Origin: Malacoraja senta
Taxonomy: Eukaryota
Length of the DNA: 64,000 nt
Assembly (NCBI GenBank): GCA_038087875.1
Contig: CM075989.1
Location: 16,556,001 to 16,620,000 of the forward strand
Direction: 5' to 3'
The notes under the pieces are model-generated. The model had not been told where the DNA came from, ran no database searches, and saw only the letters and a list, made by a program, of their open reading frames with translations. Made by a program: the position numbers and the translations under genes. This document shows positions 1 to 11,900 of the stretch, one piece after another; the stretch's first letter is position 1; each line of letters starts with the position of its first letter.

Positions 1-1852
1 AGGTCAGCAAATTAAATTTGTCATAAATCAAAATAATGTTGTTTTATTATGTGGCACATTCAAACATCAAGCATGCAGCTCATGACTGGGCTCTTCACAT
101 TCAGGGTGTCAGTGTCTTGAGTTATTATTATTGCAAGATATCATTCTAATCACAGAGAAGGGGAAGCTTTGAGAGGTAACGGACTGCACATTTTAAAATA
201 CATTAAATTAACCTATTGGAGTTCAAAGCCTAGTTAAACCTCCTGTGATAAATACAATTATCATTAAAGATGTAACAATATCCTTTTGCACACAATAAAT
301 GATTAGGATGATTATTATTTCTCATGACATGCATTCTGCAAGCTAAGTAGAAAATTAATAGAAATTTATACCCATAACAATATTCCTTTCAAGTATATCA
401 TCAATCTATTGCATGAGAAAACAATCCAAATTATTTTGAGCAAATAGGGTGTGAAAAATATTCTTATACAAGACAGATTTGTTAATCTTTGAACCACTGC
501 AATACACATAATATATATCTTTTCTCCCATTTTGTCTTTATTTGTTTAAAAATATATATAAATATATTAAAAAATAAAGAGACAAAAAAAGTCAATATGG
601 GAGAGAAGGACCGCTGTCAACATCAAGAAATACCATGAATAGAATAACACAAGCCATAGTCTGGAATCATGGATCCATTGTATACAAATGGGCTAGTTTG
701 ACCTGGATGGTGTTGAACTTCATTAGAATTATTAATGCTGCATTCAACCAGGCATGTGGAGAGTATTCCACTGCACTCGTGATTTGTGCACATGATGGAA
801 AAACCATGTCAGGAGTCTCTCACCACAGGGTATCCAACAGCTAACATGCTCTGATAGCCATAGTACTTACATGGCTATGAGATCTCTGGTGAATGATGAC
901 TCCCGTAATGTTAATGAGACTGGGTGTAGTCCATGGTAACATCATGAAATATCAAAAGCAGCTGGTTGGACTCCCTCTTGTTAGAAAATGTCATTAATTG
1001 GCACTGTTGTGGCTGTAACATTACTTGCCCATGTTAGTAGCCCATGGCTGCACATTTTCTAGGTCTTGTTGCATGCAGACCTGGACAAGTCCATTTCCTG
1101 AAGAGCTGCAAATGAAACTGAACATTGTGCAACTATGACTGGACATCTTCATTTCTGACCTTTTCATGCAGTAACTGGTTCATCCCAGCTTCTGAAATGG
1201 TCTAGACTGAAACACAACAGATGGCACCTCATTTTTAGCTATGAAAATAGAAAATGTTGGAAACATTCAGCAGGTCAGGCAGCATCTGTGAAAAGAGAAA
1301 TTGTCAATGTTTCAAATCCTTGACCGTTCGGCAGAACTGGAAAGAGAGAAAACAAGTTAGTTTTTGTTGGCCAAGATGGTGGAAACAGGGAAGAGTAGAA
1401 CAAAAGGATTATCTTTGATAGAAGGCATCAAATCACATTTATTCTTAGATATGTTCGACGATGCTCCAGGCATAACCCTCTGTGTTTCTTGCAGAACCAG
1501 GGATTGCAATGGAATACATACCTGCATTGACACAGACCCTGGTCTGTACTTCTGACATTAAGTTGGTCTGTGAAAGCTCACAGAACTTAAAGATTACTTG
1601 CCGTTTCTGCATGCAGTTTCACCGATAAGGACTCCTTCATCCCCCCCTTAACATCAGAAGACTCAAGCTTTCATGCTCTGTAAATTTTGATTTATTGCCC
1701 CCTGGCTTGTTCAATAAAGGAAGATGAACCAAATACCTGATGAATAAACCCACCTCATGTGACCACCTTAAACGTGAACCAGACCTGTAATTCACTTTTA
1801 ACTGGTTCATTTTCCTACATCACGACTGAACACATCTTTTACGTACACTTAC

Positions 1853-2004
1853 TTTACATTTGTATTGGTGCAGATTATATATTCAATTTCATCCGAGTAA
1901 GGATTCTGGAAAGTAAAACTGCTTGTCCGTATCCATAACCATTCTCTGCCTTTTGTTCGGAAACGGTACATCACTGATAGGACTTGCCCTTTCAATTTCA
2001 CAAC
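1853..2004 (-). CDS. ARNT2: ARNT2 internal coding exon (152 bp; [51 protein letters not shown]), end of PAS-B/PAC
   Basis: aag acceptor and gtaagt donor. The peptide lies within ORF 1849..2061 and is the ARNT-family PAC segment. Confidence 0.96.
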
Positions 2005-2965
2005 CTTGATGAAAAAATAGAAAGAGTTATTAGATATATGGCATTCATGATTAATGAACATGAAACTAATGGATGATTTATAGTATAGATTTACTATAAT
2101 AAACTTGATTGTCTTGGCACATGACCTTGGCTAGGCCTCACTTTAAATGCTGTGCACAGATTTGATCTCCTTGCATTCTCTTCCACAGTAAATTTGCTGA
2201 TGTGGCAAAGCAAGTTAGGAGACTTGCAAACATATAGGGTTAGGTTAAGCAAATGGACAAAAAATTGTCAGATGAATTATAACTGTGGACTCACGGTTAC
2301 CCACTTTGGTAGGAAGGGAAAGGTAGAATGGTTAAAATGGAGTGAATGTTGCTATTCAGAGAGATCCTTGAAGTAGCTTGCAAATACAGATAGTAATTGG
2401 GTAGGAAAATGGAATATTGGCCTTTAATGAAAATGAGGCATAAAAATAACACTAAACTAGATAAACCATTGTTGAGTACAGCAAACAGATTTTGTCTCTT
2501 TATTTAAGGAGGGGATATAGTTGCATTAGAAGTTTAGCAGAAGTTTACTAGTCTAATTCCTAGCATAACAAAGTTATCTTATGATGAAAGGCTCAGCAGA
2601 TTTTGCTTATTTTCAATGATGTTTGGAAGAATAAGAGGTGACCTTACTGAAATGTATCAGGTTCTGAGGGGGCTTGACAAGATAAATGCAGGGAAAATAG
2701 CTCCATTTACGCGTCTTGAACAGGTGGGAATAGCTTTTGGACAAAGAAAACAGTTTAAGATGGAGTGCAAATCAAAATTCAAATAAAATTGCAGGTGTTG
2801 GAATCTTGATAAAAAATAAAAAAAAATTCATCCAGTCAAGCAGCATCCATGGAAAGAGAAACCAGTCAACATTTCTGGTGAGCGACCCTTGCTCAGAACT
2901 GTGGGACAGTGGAGGGTTTACAGTGTGCAAAGGAGAGCTGGATGGAGGTCTAAAATAAGAGCAAA

Positions 2966-4590
2966 CAGTGCCCCCCATAATGTTTGGGACAAAGACCCAT
3001 CATTTATTTATTTGCCTCTGTGTACTCTACAATTTGAGATTTGTAATAGAGAAAATCACATGTGGTAAAAGTGCACATGGTCAGATTTTATTAAAGGCCA
3101 TTTTTATACATTTTGGTTTCACCTTGTAGAAATTACAGCAGTGTTTATACATAGTCCCCCCCATTTCAGGGCACCATAATATTTGGGACACATTGCTTCA
3201 CGGGCATTTGTAATTGCTCAAGTGCCTTTAATTGCCTTCTTAATGCATGTATAAGAGAGCTCTCATTACCATCTTTCCTCCAGTCTTTCCATCACCTTTG
3301 GAAACTTTTATTGCTGTTTATCAACATGAGGACCAAAGTTGTGCCAATGAAAGTCAAAGAAGCCATTATGAGTCTGAGAAACAAGAATAAAACTGTTTGG
3401 AGACATCAGCCAAACCTTAGGCTCACCAAAATCAACTGTTTGGAACATAATTAAGAAGAAAGAGAGCATTGGTGAGCTTACTAATAGCAAAGGGACTGGC
3501 AGGCCAAGGAAGACCTCCACAGCTGATGACAGAAGAATTCTCTCTATAATAAAGAAAAATCCCCAAACACCTGTCCAACAGATCAGAAACACTCTTCAGG
3601 AGTCAGGTGTGGATTTGTCAAAGACCACTGTCCGCAGAAGACTTCATGAACAGAAATACAGAGGCTACACTGCAAGATGCAAACCACTGGTTAGGCATAA
3701 AAATAGGATGGCCAGGTTACAGTTTTAAAAGAGCAACCACATGTTCTGGAAGAAGGTCTTGCGGACAGATGAGACGAAGATTAACTTATATCAGAGTGAT
3801 GGCAAGAGCAAAGTATGGAGGAGAGAAGGAACAGCCCAAGATCCAAAGCATACCACCTCATCTGTGAAACACAGTGGTGGGGGTGTTATGGCCTGTGCAT
3901 GTTTGGCTGCTGAAGGTACTGGCTCACTTATCTTCATTGATGATACAACTGCTGATGGGAATAGCATAATGAATTCCGAAGTGTATATATACATCCTATC
4001 TGCTCAAGTTCAAACAAATGCCTCAAATCTCATTGGCCGGCAGTTCATTCTACAGCAAGCCAATGATCCCAAACATACTGCTATAGCAACAAAGGAGTTT
4101 TTCAAAGCTAAAAATTGGTAAATTCTTGTGTGGCCATCTCAATCACCCGATCTGAACCCAATTGAGCATGACTTTTATATGATGAAGAGAAAACTGATGG
4201 GGACTAGCCCCCAAAACAAGCATAAGCAATACAGGCCTGGCAGAGCATCACCAGAGAAGACACCCGGCAACTGGTGATGTCCATGAATCGCAGACTTCAA
4301 GCAGTCATTTCATGCAAAGGATATGCAACAAAACACTAAACATGACTACTTTCATTTACATGACATTGCTGTGTCCCAAACATTATGGTGCCCTGAAATG
4401 GGGGGCTATGTATAAACACAGCTGTAATTTCTACACGGTGAAACCAAAATGTATAAAAATGGCCTTTATTAAAATCTGACAGTGTGCAATTTAACCACGT
4501 GAATTTTTCTATTTCAAATCTCAAATTGTGGAGTACAAAGGCAAATTAATAAACGATGGGTCTTTGTCCCAAACATTATGGAGGGCACTA
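2966..4590 (+). mobile_element. Tc1-like DNA transposon, full length, decayed, with long IR/DR-type terminal inverted repeats
   Basis: Starts CAGTGCCCCCCATAATGTTTGGGACAAAGACCCATC; the reverse complement ends at 4590 and is followed by TA. Roughly 220-bp TIRs with an inner copy of the ccataat..tttgggaca motif. Confidence 0.93.
3326..4339 (+). pseudogene. Tc1 transposase pseudogene (frameshifts and stops)
   Basis: Fragments MRTKVVPMKVKE..., TDETKINL, VKHSGGGVM, QQANDPKH (catalytic D changed to A), SQSPDLNPIEH and GYATKH* are spread over several frames. Confidence 0.9.
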
Positions 4591-5232
4591 TATGTAGGGA
4601 TAGATTAAGAAGTTTAGTGCACAGGGATGACCCTAAACTTCTTGATGCATGCTACTTTAATCTGCAATCCTACTCCCATTCTGACATCTGCCTGTGGCTT
4701 CCACCGCTGACAGGGTGAGGTTAATATAAACTAAATGAAAAATATTTTATCTTCCATCTAGGCACTTTGACACCCTCTGGAATTTACAATGAATTCTCCA
4801 ATTGCAGATAAACACTTCTCAGGTTACACAGCAGAGCATATGGTTGTGGATGCAGTAGGAAGTGTCTATGCTGTGGCACATATGTCATCATAATTATATG
4901 GAACAGGCACTGTGGGCCAAAGGGCAGTTTCTAGCTTCTGAGTGTCTGGATGTATTTGTGCCATTGATTTGATTTGATCTGTTTGTGCTGCTTTTTTCAA
5001 TTCCAAAAACTTTTGAGCTCCCTTTTCAGACATGTAGCTGCCAGACATGTTGGAAGCAACACCAATGAATGATGAACAACCTGGCAAAGTTGCAAGGCAG
5101 GATATGTGCGCTAAACTTCAAAATCAACACGCAACTGACAGAGCTAATCAAAACCACAAAGAAACAAATCAAAGAAAGCTCTGTGAGTCCTGCACATTTA
5201 TGGAGAGAAGGCAGGAGAATGGGATTAGGAGA

Positions 5233-5396
5233 ATGTGTAAGAAAGAACTGCAGATGCTGGATTAAATCAAAGGTAGACACAAAATGCTGGAGTAACTCAG
5301 CGGGAAAGACAGCATCTCTGGAGAGAAGGAATGACCCATTCCTTCTCTCCTGAGATGCTGCCTGTCCCGCTGAGTTACTCCAGCACTTTGTGTCTC
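5233..5396. repeat. Penelope-derived short repeat in inverted (head-to-head) arrangement
   Basis: gacacaaaatgctggagtaactcagcggg... is followed by its reverse complement cccgctgagttactccagcactttgtgtc. The same family recurs many times in the window. Confidence 0.6.
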
Positions 5397-6854
5397 GCCA
5401 TGATTGAATGGTGGAGTAGACTTGATGGGCCGAATGGCCTAATTCTGCTCCTATCATTTATGGCCTTATGACATGACCAAGAACATCCTTCTTCTCAAAG
5501 ATGGCAGAACACAATGAGTGAGAGCTGAAATTAAAACAGGAAACACTGCAAGTTGCTTTTTAAGGTCAAGGTTTCAAGGTCAGTTTATTGTCACATGTAC
5601 CAATTAAGGTACAGTGAAATTCGAATGACCATACAGCCAGGCACGTGCCGTCAGGGTACTGCCTACCCTGACTAAAATTATAAAATGGTAATTATTAAAT
5701 ATAAATAGTAAAGGCATGGGAGAATAATGCCTACCTAAGAGATCGATCTCTTAGGTAGGCATAATTCTCCGTGCCTTTCATCCGCAGTGCATGTAAAACG
5801 CGAAGGTCTGTGCAGCCCAAGTGTCGTCTACGATGCTTCAAGCCGTCAATTTCCAGGGGACTGAAGGCAGCTGAAATTCTGCCTTTGCAGTACTGCGCAT
5901 GTGCAGCGCAAGTTTCTTGGCTGGTTTTTCAAACATGGATTGCCATTATCTTAAGAAACAAAGAGAGAAGAATGGAGTTTGTGTACAAATGATGTGGAAA
6001 GTAGATTTCTTGGTGCTATATGTTTTTAAATACCGTATTTCCCAGCAATGAAGACGCTATTTTTTACCCAAAAATAAGGCACGAAAATTTACATGCATCT
6101 TGGAAGCCGAAGTTGGAAGGTTGTTAGCCAAGAAATATAGACTGTCCCCACCAACCCGCACATAAAACAAGCTAAAGAACACTAAAAACATACATTTAAC
6201 ACATACAAACATACAACAAAAGAAGGAAGGAACAGACAGACTGTTGGCGAGGCAGCCATTGCCGGTGCCACCCGTTTGTTTTGATGCCAATTAAGAGAGA
6301 AATCATAGCTAAGCCATGTGGAGCAGTGTAAACAGAGGAAGATGAATAAGAGCGATAACAGAGAGATAAAGGCAACACACTTGGACATAAGAGGCTAAGC
6401 TCAGTAGATGCCAGAAATAGGAAATCAACGAGAATGTGGAAACATTCAACACATCAGGCAGGTTCTGTGGAGAGAAAGAAAGCTGACAATATCACAGATG
6501 ATGAATATATCAACACAGGTCAATTGTCTGGTAATCCTGTTTTCATTTCAGAGTTTGTCTTACCGATTTTTATTTTGGATTTCCAGCAGTTTTTATTCAG
6601 GTTTTCAATTGCATGCACCTGTAACATTAACTCAGTTTTTCCTCTCCATTGAGCAACATAGATCGCAAACTGTTTCCATAAATTACTTTAACTTCAGTTT
6701 TCCATTATGTATTATGCACCACTCAATTCTGGCATGTGAATTTTCCTTTCTCTAACTGCCCTTATTCAACTCCCTCTATTAATCTCCTCCAATCAGATCA
6801 GTTATGATTAACCAACATTCATTCCCATTGGGCAGCATAAAAGCAATATCTCAC

Positions 6855-8945
6855 AGATTTTCACTTTTGCTCTCCTTATCCCTTTCCCCCTCTGCCACTT
6901 CAAACATAGTTGTTTTCTCACTTTTTCATTCCTGATGAAAGGTCAATAACATCAAGTCAGAAATGTATTTATGTCACATGTACTGAAATCCTTACTTGCT
7001 GCCACTTTACAGGCACATTAGACTCAACAACAAAATATACAGTAAATTATCAATATTTCGAAGTAAACTAGACCATATTAGTACGCGGAGCAACCAGAGT
7101 ACTGCAAAGTCCACAATGGTTTGGTGCTGAAGTAATGTTGTGGTTAGGTTTGTGCAGGCTGGTTGATGGGAGGAACTCCTGATGGGAGCTCCTGAAACCT
7201 GGAGATAACAGTGATTCTCTGTCCCTTGTACCTTCCTCCCAATGGGAGCAGTGGGTAGAGAGATTGGCCAGGATGGTGCAGGTTTGAGATAATATTACCC
7301 TTCTTCTTGAAGGAGCGCTGCCTGTAGGCCCCTTCAATGGTGGGAAGGTCAGTGATGTTCTCGGCAATGTCCACCAGTTTCTAAAGCCTCCTTCATTCAA
7401 AGTTCTGAACCAAACCATGATGCAACCAGTCAATATGCTCTCCACAATATACCTTTGGAAGTTCAATAGAATATTCGGTAAGATGCCGAATCTCCTCAAA
7501 ATCTGGTGTGTTAGTCTTGTTGGTAAGACAGGATGTACCAAAGGAATGTAACTGAAGAGTCCGGTAGATTATCTCTGTGGAATCAGGGCATGAGCAATGC
7601 CTTGTTAGGCTTTTGCTTGACTGGTCCGACTAACTTGACTAACTCTTCTTATTTATAAAGAAGTCCCCAAACATTTGTGAGGATAATGCAAAATCAACTG
7701 GGTTTCGAGTGAATTTGATGTCTGCATTCGGTGCCAGTGTAAGTGCTTTAGGGTGCCAGAAAAGTGAATCACTAACCACAGGATACACAGTGTCTGATCT
7801 GCTCTTACAGCCACGATGTAAGTGTGACTGGTCCAGTTAAGCAACATGCCTGATGTTCCAAGCAGTTTTATTCCTTTTGCTTCAATGTAGTAATAACAAT
7901 ATAACCGAGTAGTTTGTTAGACCAGTTCAGAGCGTATTAAGAGGCAATCATTTGGGGTGGCCTGGAGTTATATGTGGGTCACAGCAGAAAGATGGCAAAT
8001 TTTCACAGCCATCATTATGAAGACTGGTTGGTGCTTTATCTCCAGATAACAGATTATTAACAGAATTCAAATTCCATGGCTTTGATGGTGGGATTTGAAC
8101 TTGGGTCTCTGGATCTTTACTTCAGGCCTCTGGATTACTCGTCTGGTAAATTAACTGCTCCATACCTTAGGGAGAAATAAAAGGCAGGTCCAGTAGGAAT
8201 GTGTGACGAGATGCAAATTTATGGTTAAAGTGATAGACTGAGGAGACTTTTGATTAGGATAACAGTGACAAAGTTAAGGGCTTCAAGGAGAGAAGTCAAA
8301 ATAAAATAATTATGAAATATGCTGACACCACAAGTCTGATGAAAGGTTTAGTATCTGAACTGTTAATTATTTCTTTTTCCATTGAAGTTGCTTGACCTGC
8401 TGAGTATTTTCAGCACCTTCTGTTGTTATTACTATAGTGTTGGGTTGGCATTATTGGCAAAGATAGATTTTGAAGCACATATGTCTTTCCATTTAATCAG
8501 TCTATCCCCTTCTGAAGTCTGTTAAAATTCTCCTCATTATTTCATTTCATATGGAAACTAGCATTTTATTCTATATCCTCATGTCCAGGACATTAATATA
8601 TGTCAATATATCAAATACCAAGGTCCTTCATAGAAGCCGTATCAAATACAATTCTAGCCATATAAAACAATAGTAGGTGAAATGGCCAAAAGCTTTATCA
8701 AAGAAACAGGTTTGAAAGAGTGGCTTCATAAGAGATTGAGAGGTAGATATTTGGAAGGTTTTTCTGAAGGAAACAAAGAGCTAAAGGGATTGGCATTTGA
8801 AGGGAAAGCAGCAAATAGTGATGAAAATTGGGAATGTCAGGGTTTTCTGAAGGTTGAATGGCTGAAGAGGTAGAGGGTAGCAAGGAAACAAACAGCAGAT
8901 CCGTAAGGTGAACAAATGTTGAATGTAGTGATATAGAGCTGAAGA
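6855..8945 (+). repeat. 2,091-bp direct repeat, copy 1 (immediately 5' of the L1)
   Basis: Matches 13555-15645 at a constant offset of 6700. I found only two differences by eye: 7241 A vs 13941 G, and 7908 A vs 14608 G. Confidence 0.97.
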
Positions 8946-11900
8946 CACATATATAAATTGTAACTGGGTGAAATAGAACTGAATTGGAAACGGTAATGAC
9001 CCCATAGATTTTGGGTAATAAATACAGCGGGGCTAACTTTATACCAACTACGCCGGAAGCGTTATGGATGTCGTACCCCACAGACGAGTGGGCCACTCAC
9101 TACGGTGTTGAAATTTTAGACACCGTAAATTTATTTGATTTATATATATTTTTTTTAATCACAATATGTCACATCTGTGTGTTTTTTCTTCAAGGACAAT
9201 CGCGCAGGAGAACTACCAAGGAAGTCTATAATAGAAATACTCCCAAAATAACCAGAGTCCGGAGGTATGAACGCACCACAATAATTAAGGTCATTAAAAC
9301 TGGTAAAAATGCATGACGACAATCAAAAGAAAATAGGAGGAATCACATTATGTAGTTGGAATATAAGGGGGATTAATGAACCTATTAAAAGGGGCAAGAT
9401 ACTAGCTCAGTTGAAATCATACAACACGGACATTGCGTTTCTACAGGAAACACATCTTAAACAGCAAGATCAGACAAGACTGAGGGCGAACTGGATAGGC
9501 CAAACATTTCACTCTTCATTTACCTCCAAATCTAGAGGTACTGCAATTATTATTCGTAAAGGAATTCCATTTAAATCAAAGAACACTATTTTAGATAAGG
9601 AAGGGAGATATCTTATAGTAGCAGGGGAGATCAATAATATGCCAATTACGCTGGTAAACATATATGCGCCCAACTTTGATAACCCTCAATTTTTTAATAA
9701 AATTCTGAATATAATTGCAGAATCTAATTATCAAAATGTTATAATCGGAGGAGATTTTAATTGTGTTTTAGATCCTTATTTAGATAAATCGATGCAAAAA
9801 CAAAAAGGTCAGACGAAATCTAAAACCAGTGAACTCTTACACACATATATGGAAAACACAAATATAACAGATGTATGGAGGATTGCAAACCCGACGGGAA
9901 GGGATTACTCGTTTTATTCAATGGTGCATAAAACATATTCACGGATAGACTATTTTCTTGTGGATACAAAATTAATTTCGCAATCTCTGAATCCTAAATA
10001 TCATATTAATGCGATCTCAGATCATTCTCCGTTAACTTTTGTTCTAAAACTAGAAGGAATGTCTATGAATAAACCGTTCTGGAGGTTTAACTCACAAATT
10101 TTAAAAGACCCTCAAGGGAGTATCTATCTAAAAAAACAGATGGATCTATTTTTTGAGTTAAATGATACACCAGAGATATCCCCCACGTTATTATGGGAAT
10201 CCTTCAAAGCATTTATAAGAGGAGTCATTATTTCATTTCAAGCTTATCAAAATAAAAAGAATAAGAATGAACAAAGACACTTAGAAGATCAAATAAAACA
10301 GTTAGATATAGATAATGCTAAAGACCCAACTATGGATAAACATAATAAAATACTACTACTGAAATTTCAGTTAAATAAATTACTGTCAGAGAAAGTTATA
10401 ACATTATTTCAAATCACAAAACAAGAACACTTCGAATTCGGGGACAAACCCCACAAACTTCTAGCACGACAACTTAAAAAACGGGAAAAAGAGAATGCAA
10501 TATTAAAGATTAAATCAGATAGAGGGGAAGTATTAACACTACCCAAGGATATTAATAAAAGATTTGCTCAATTTTACCAGAATCTATACACATCTAAAAC
10601 GTCAATAGACAATAATAAAATCTCAGAATTTTTAGATAATTGTAATCTACCACAATTAGAACGCAGGGAACAAGAGGAACTGGGAGCACAAATTACTTCT
10701 AAGGAGATAGAAGACACAATAAAAACACTAAAAAATGGAAAAACACCAGGACCAGACGGATTCAGTAATGAATTTTATAAATCTTTTTATGATATAGTTA
10801 CTCCACGATTACAAAAAATGTATACATATGCTTATAAAGAGCAAAACCTACCTGAAACACTAGCGGAATCAACGATCATATTAATACTTAAAAAAGATAA
10901 AAATATAGAAGAACCAGGATCATATAGAGCTATTGCTTTGTTAAATACGGATCAGAAAATAATAGCAAAAACTTTAGCCAACAGATTAAGCAAGTATGTT
11001 AGTAGACTAATACATGAGGATCAAACAGGATTTATACCTAAGAGACACTCATTTAATAATTTGAGACGTTTGCTTAACATAATGCATTCACATAAATCTG
11101 ATGACCAAGAGTTAGCTATCATCTCACTGGACGCAGAAAAAGCGTTTGATCAAGTAGAATGGGACTATATGATCAAAGTATTGCAAAAATTCCAATTGGG
11201 AGAAAACTTTATTGCATGGATAAAACTACTATATAACAAACCTACGGCTAGAATACTAACTAATAATATATTATCTTCAAAATTCGAATTATCTAGGGGC
11301 AACAGACAAGGATGTTCACTATCACCGCTGTTATTTGCTTTGGTAATTGAACCCCTTGCTGAAAAAATAAGAACACACTCGAATATTCACGGTTATAACA
11401 CAAAATATTCAAACAACAAACTATCCCTATATGCTGATGATGTACTACTGTACATCACAAAACCACAAATTAGTATACCAAATATATTAAACTTAATTGA
11501 GGACTTTGGATCCTTTTCAGGATATAGAATAAATTGGAACAAAAGTGAAATTATGTCGATTAAACCAAAAGACTCAACACATCTCAGGAAATTCCCTTTT
11601 AAAATAGCTATGGAAAAATTCAAATATTTAGGAATTGAGATTACTAGAAATTACCATGATATGTTTAAAGCTAATTATAATCCCCTACTTAAGAAATTAA
11701 ATAATCTGATTAAATTTTGGAAAACACTTCCGATGTCCTTAATAGGTAGGATAAATGCTATAAAAATGATTTTCTTGCCACAAATCCTTTACCTATTTCA
11801 ATCAATACCTATATATCTCCCAAAAAAGTTTTTCAAAAAACTGGACTCAGACATTACAAATTTTATATGGGATTACAAATCCCACAGAATACAAAGAACA

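Noticed and set aside
1849..2061. Standalone 70-aa gene
   Set aside because: Only 1853-2004 is exon; the N-terminal part of the ORF is intron read-through.
9011..9316. 101-aa ORF as L1 ORF1 or a novel accessory ORF
   Set aside because: It starts at TTG, has no recognisable ORF1 motifs and crosses T-rich spacer-like sequence. It is probably inter-ORF sequence, though conservation was not tested.
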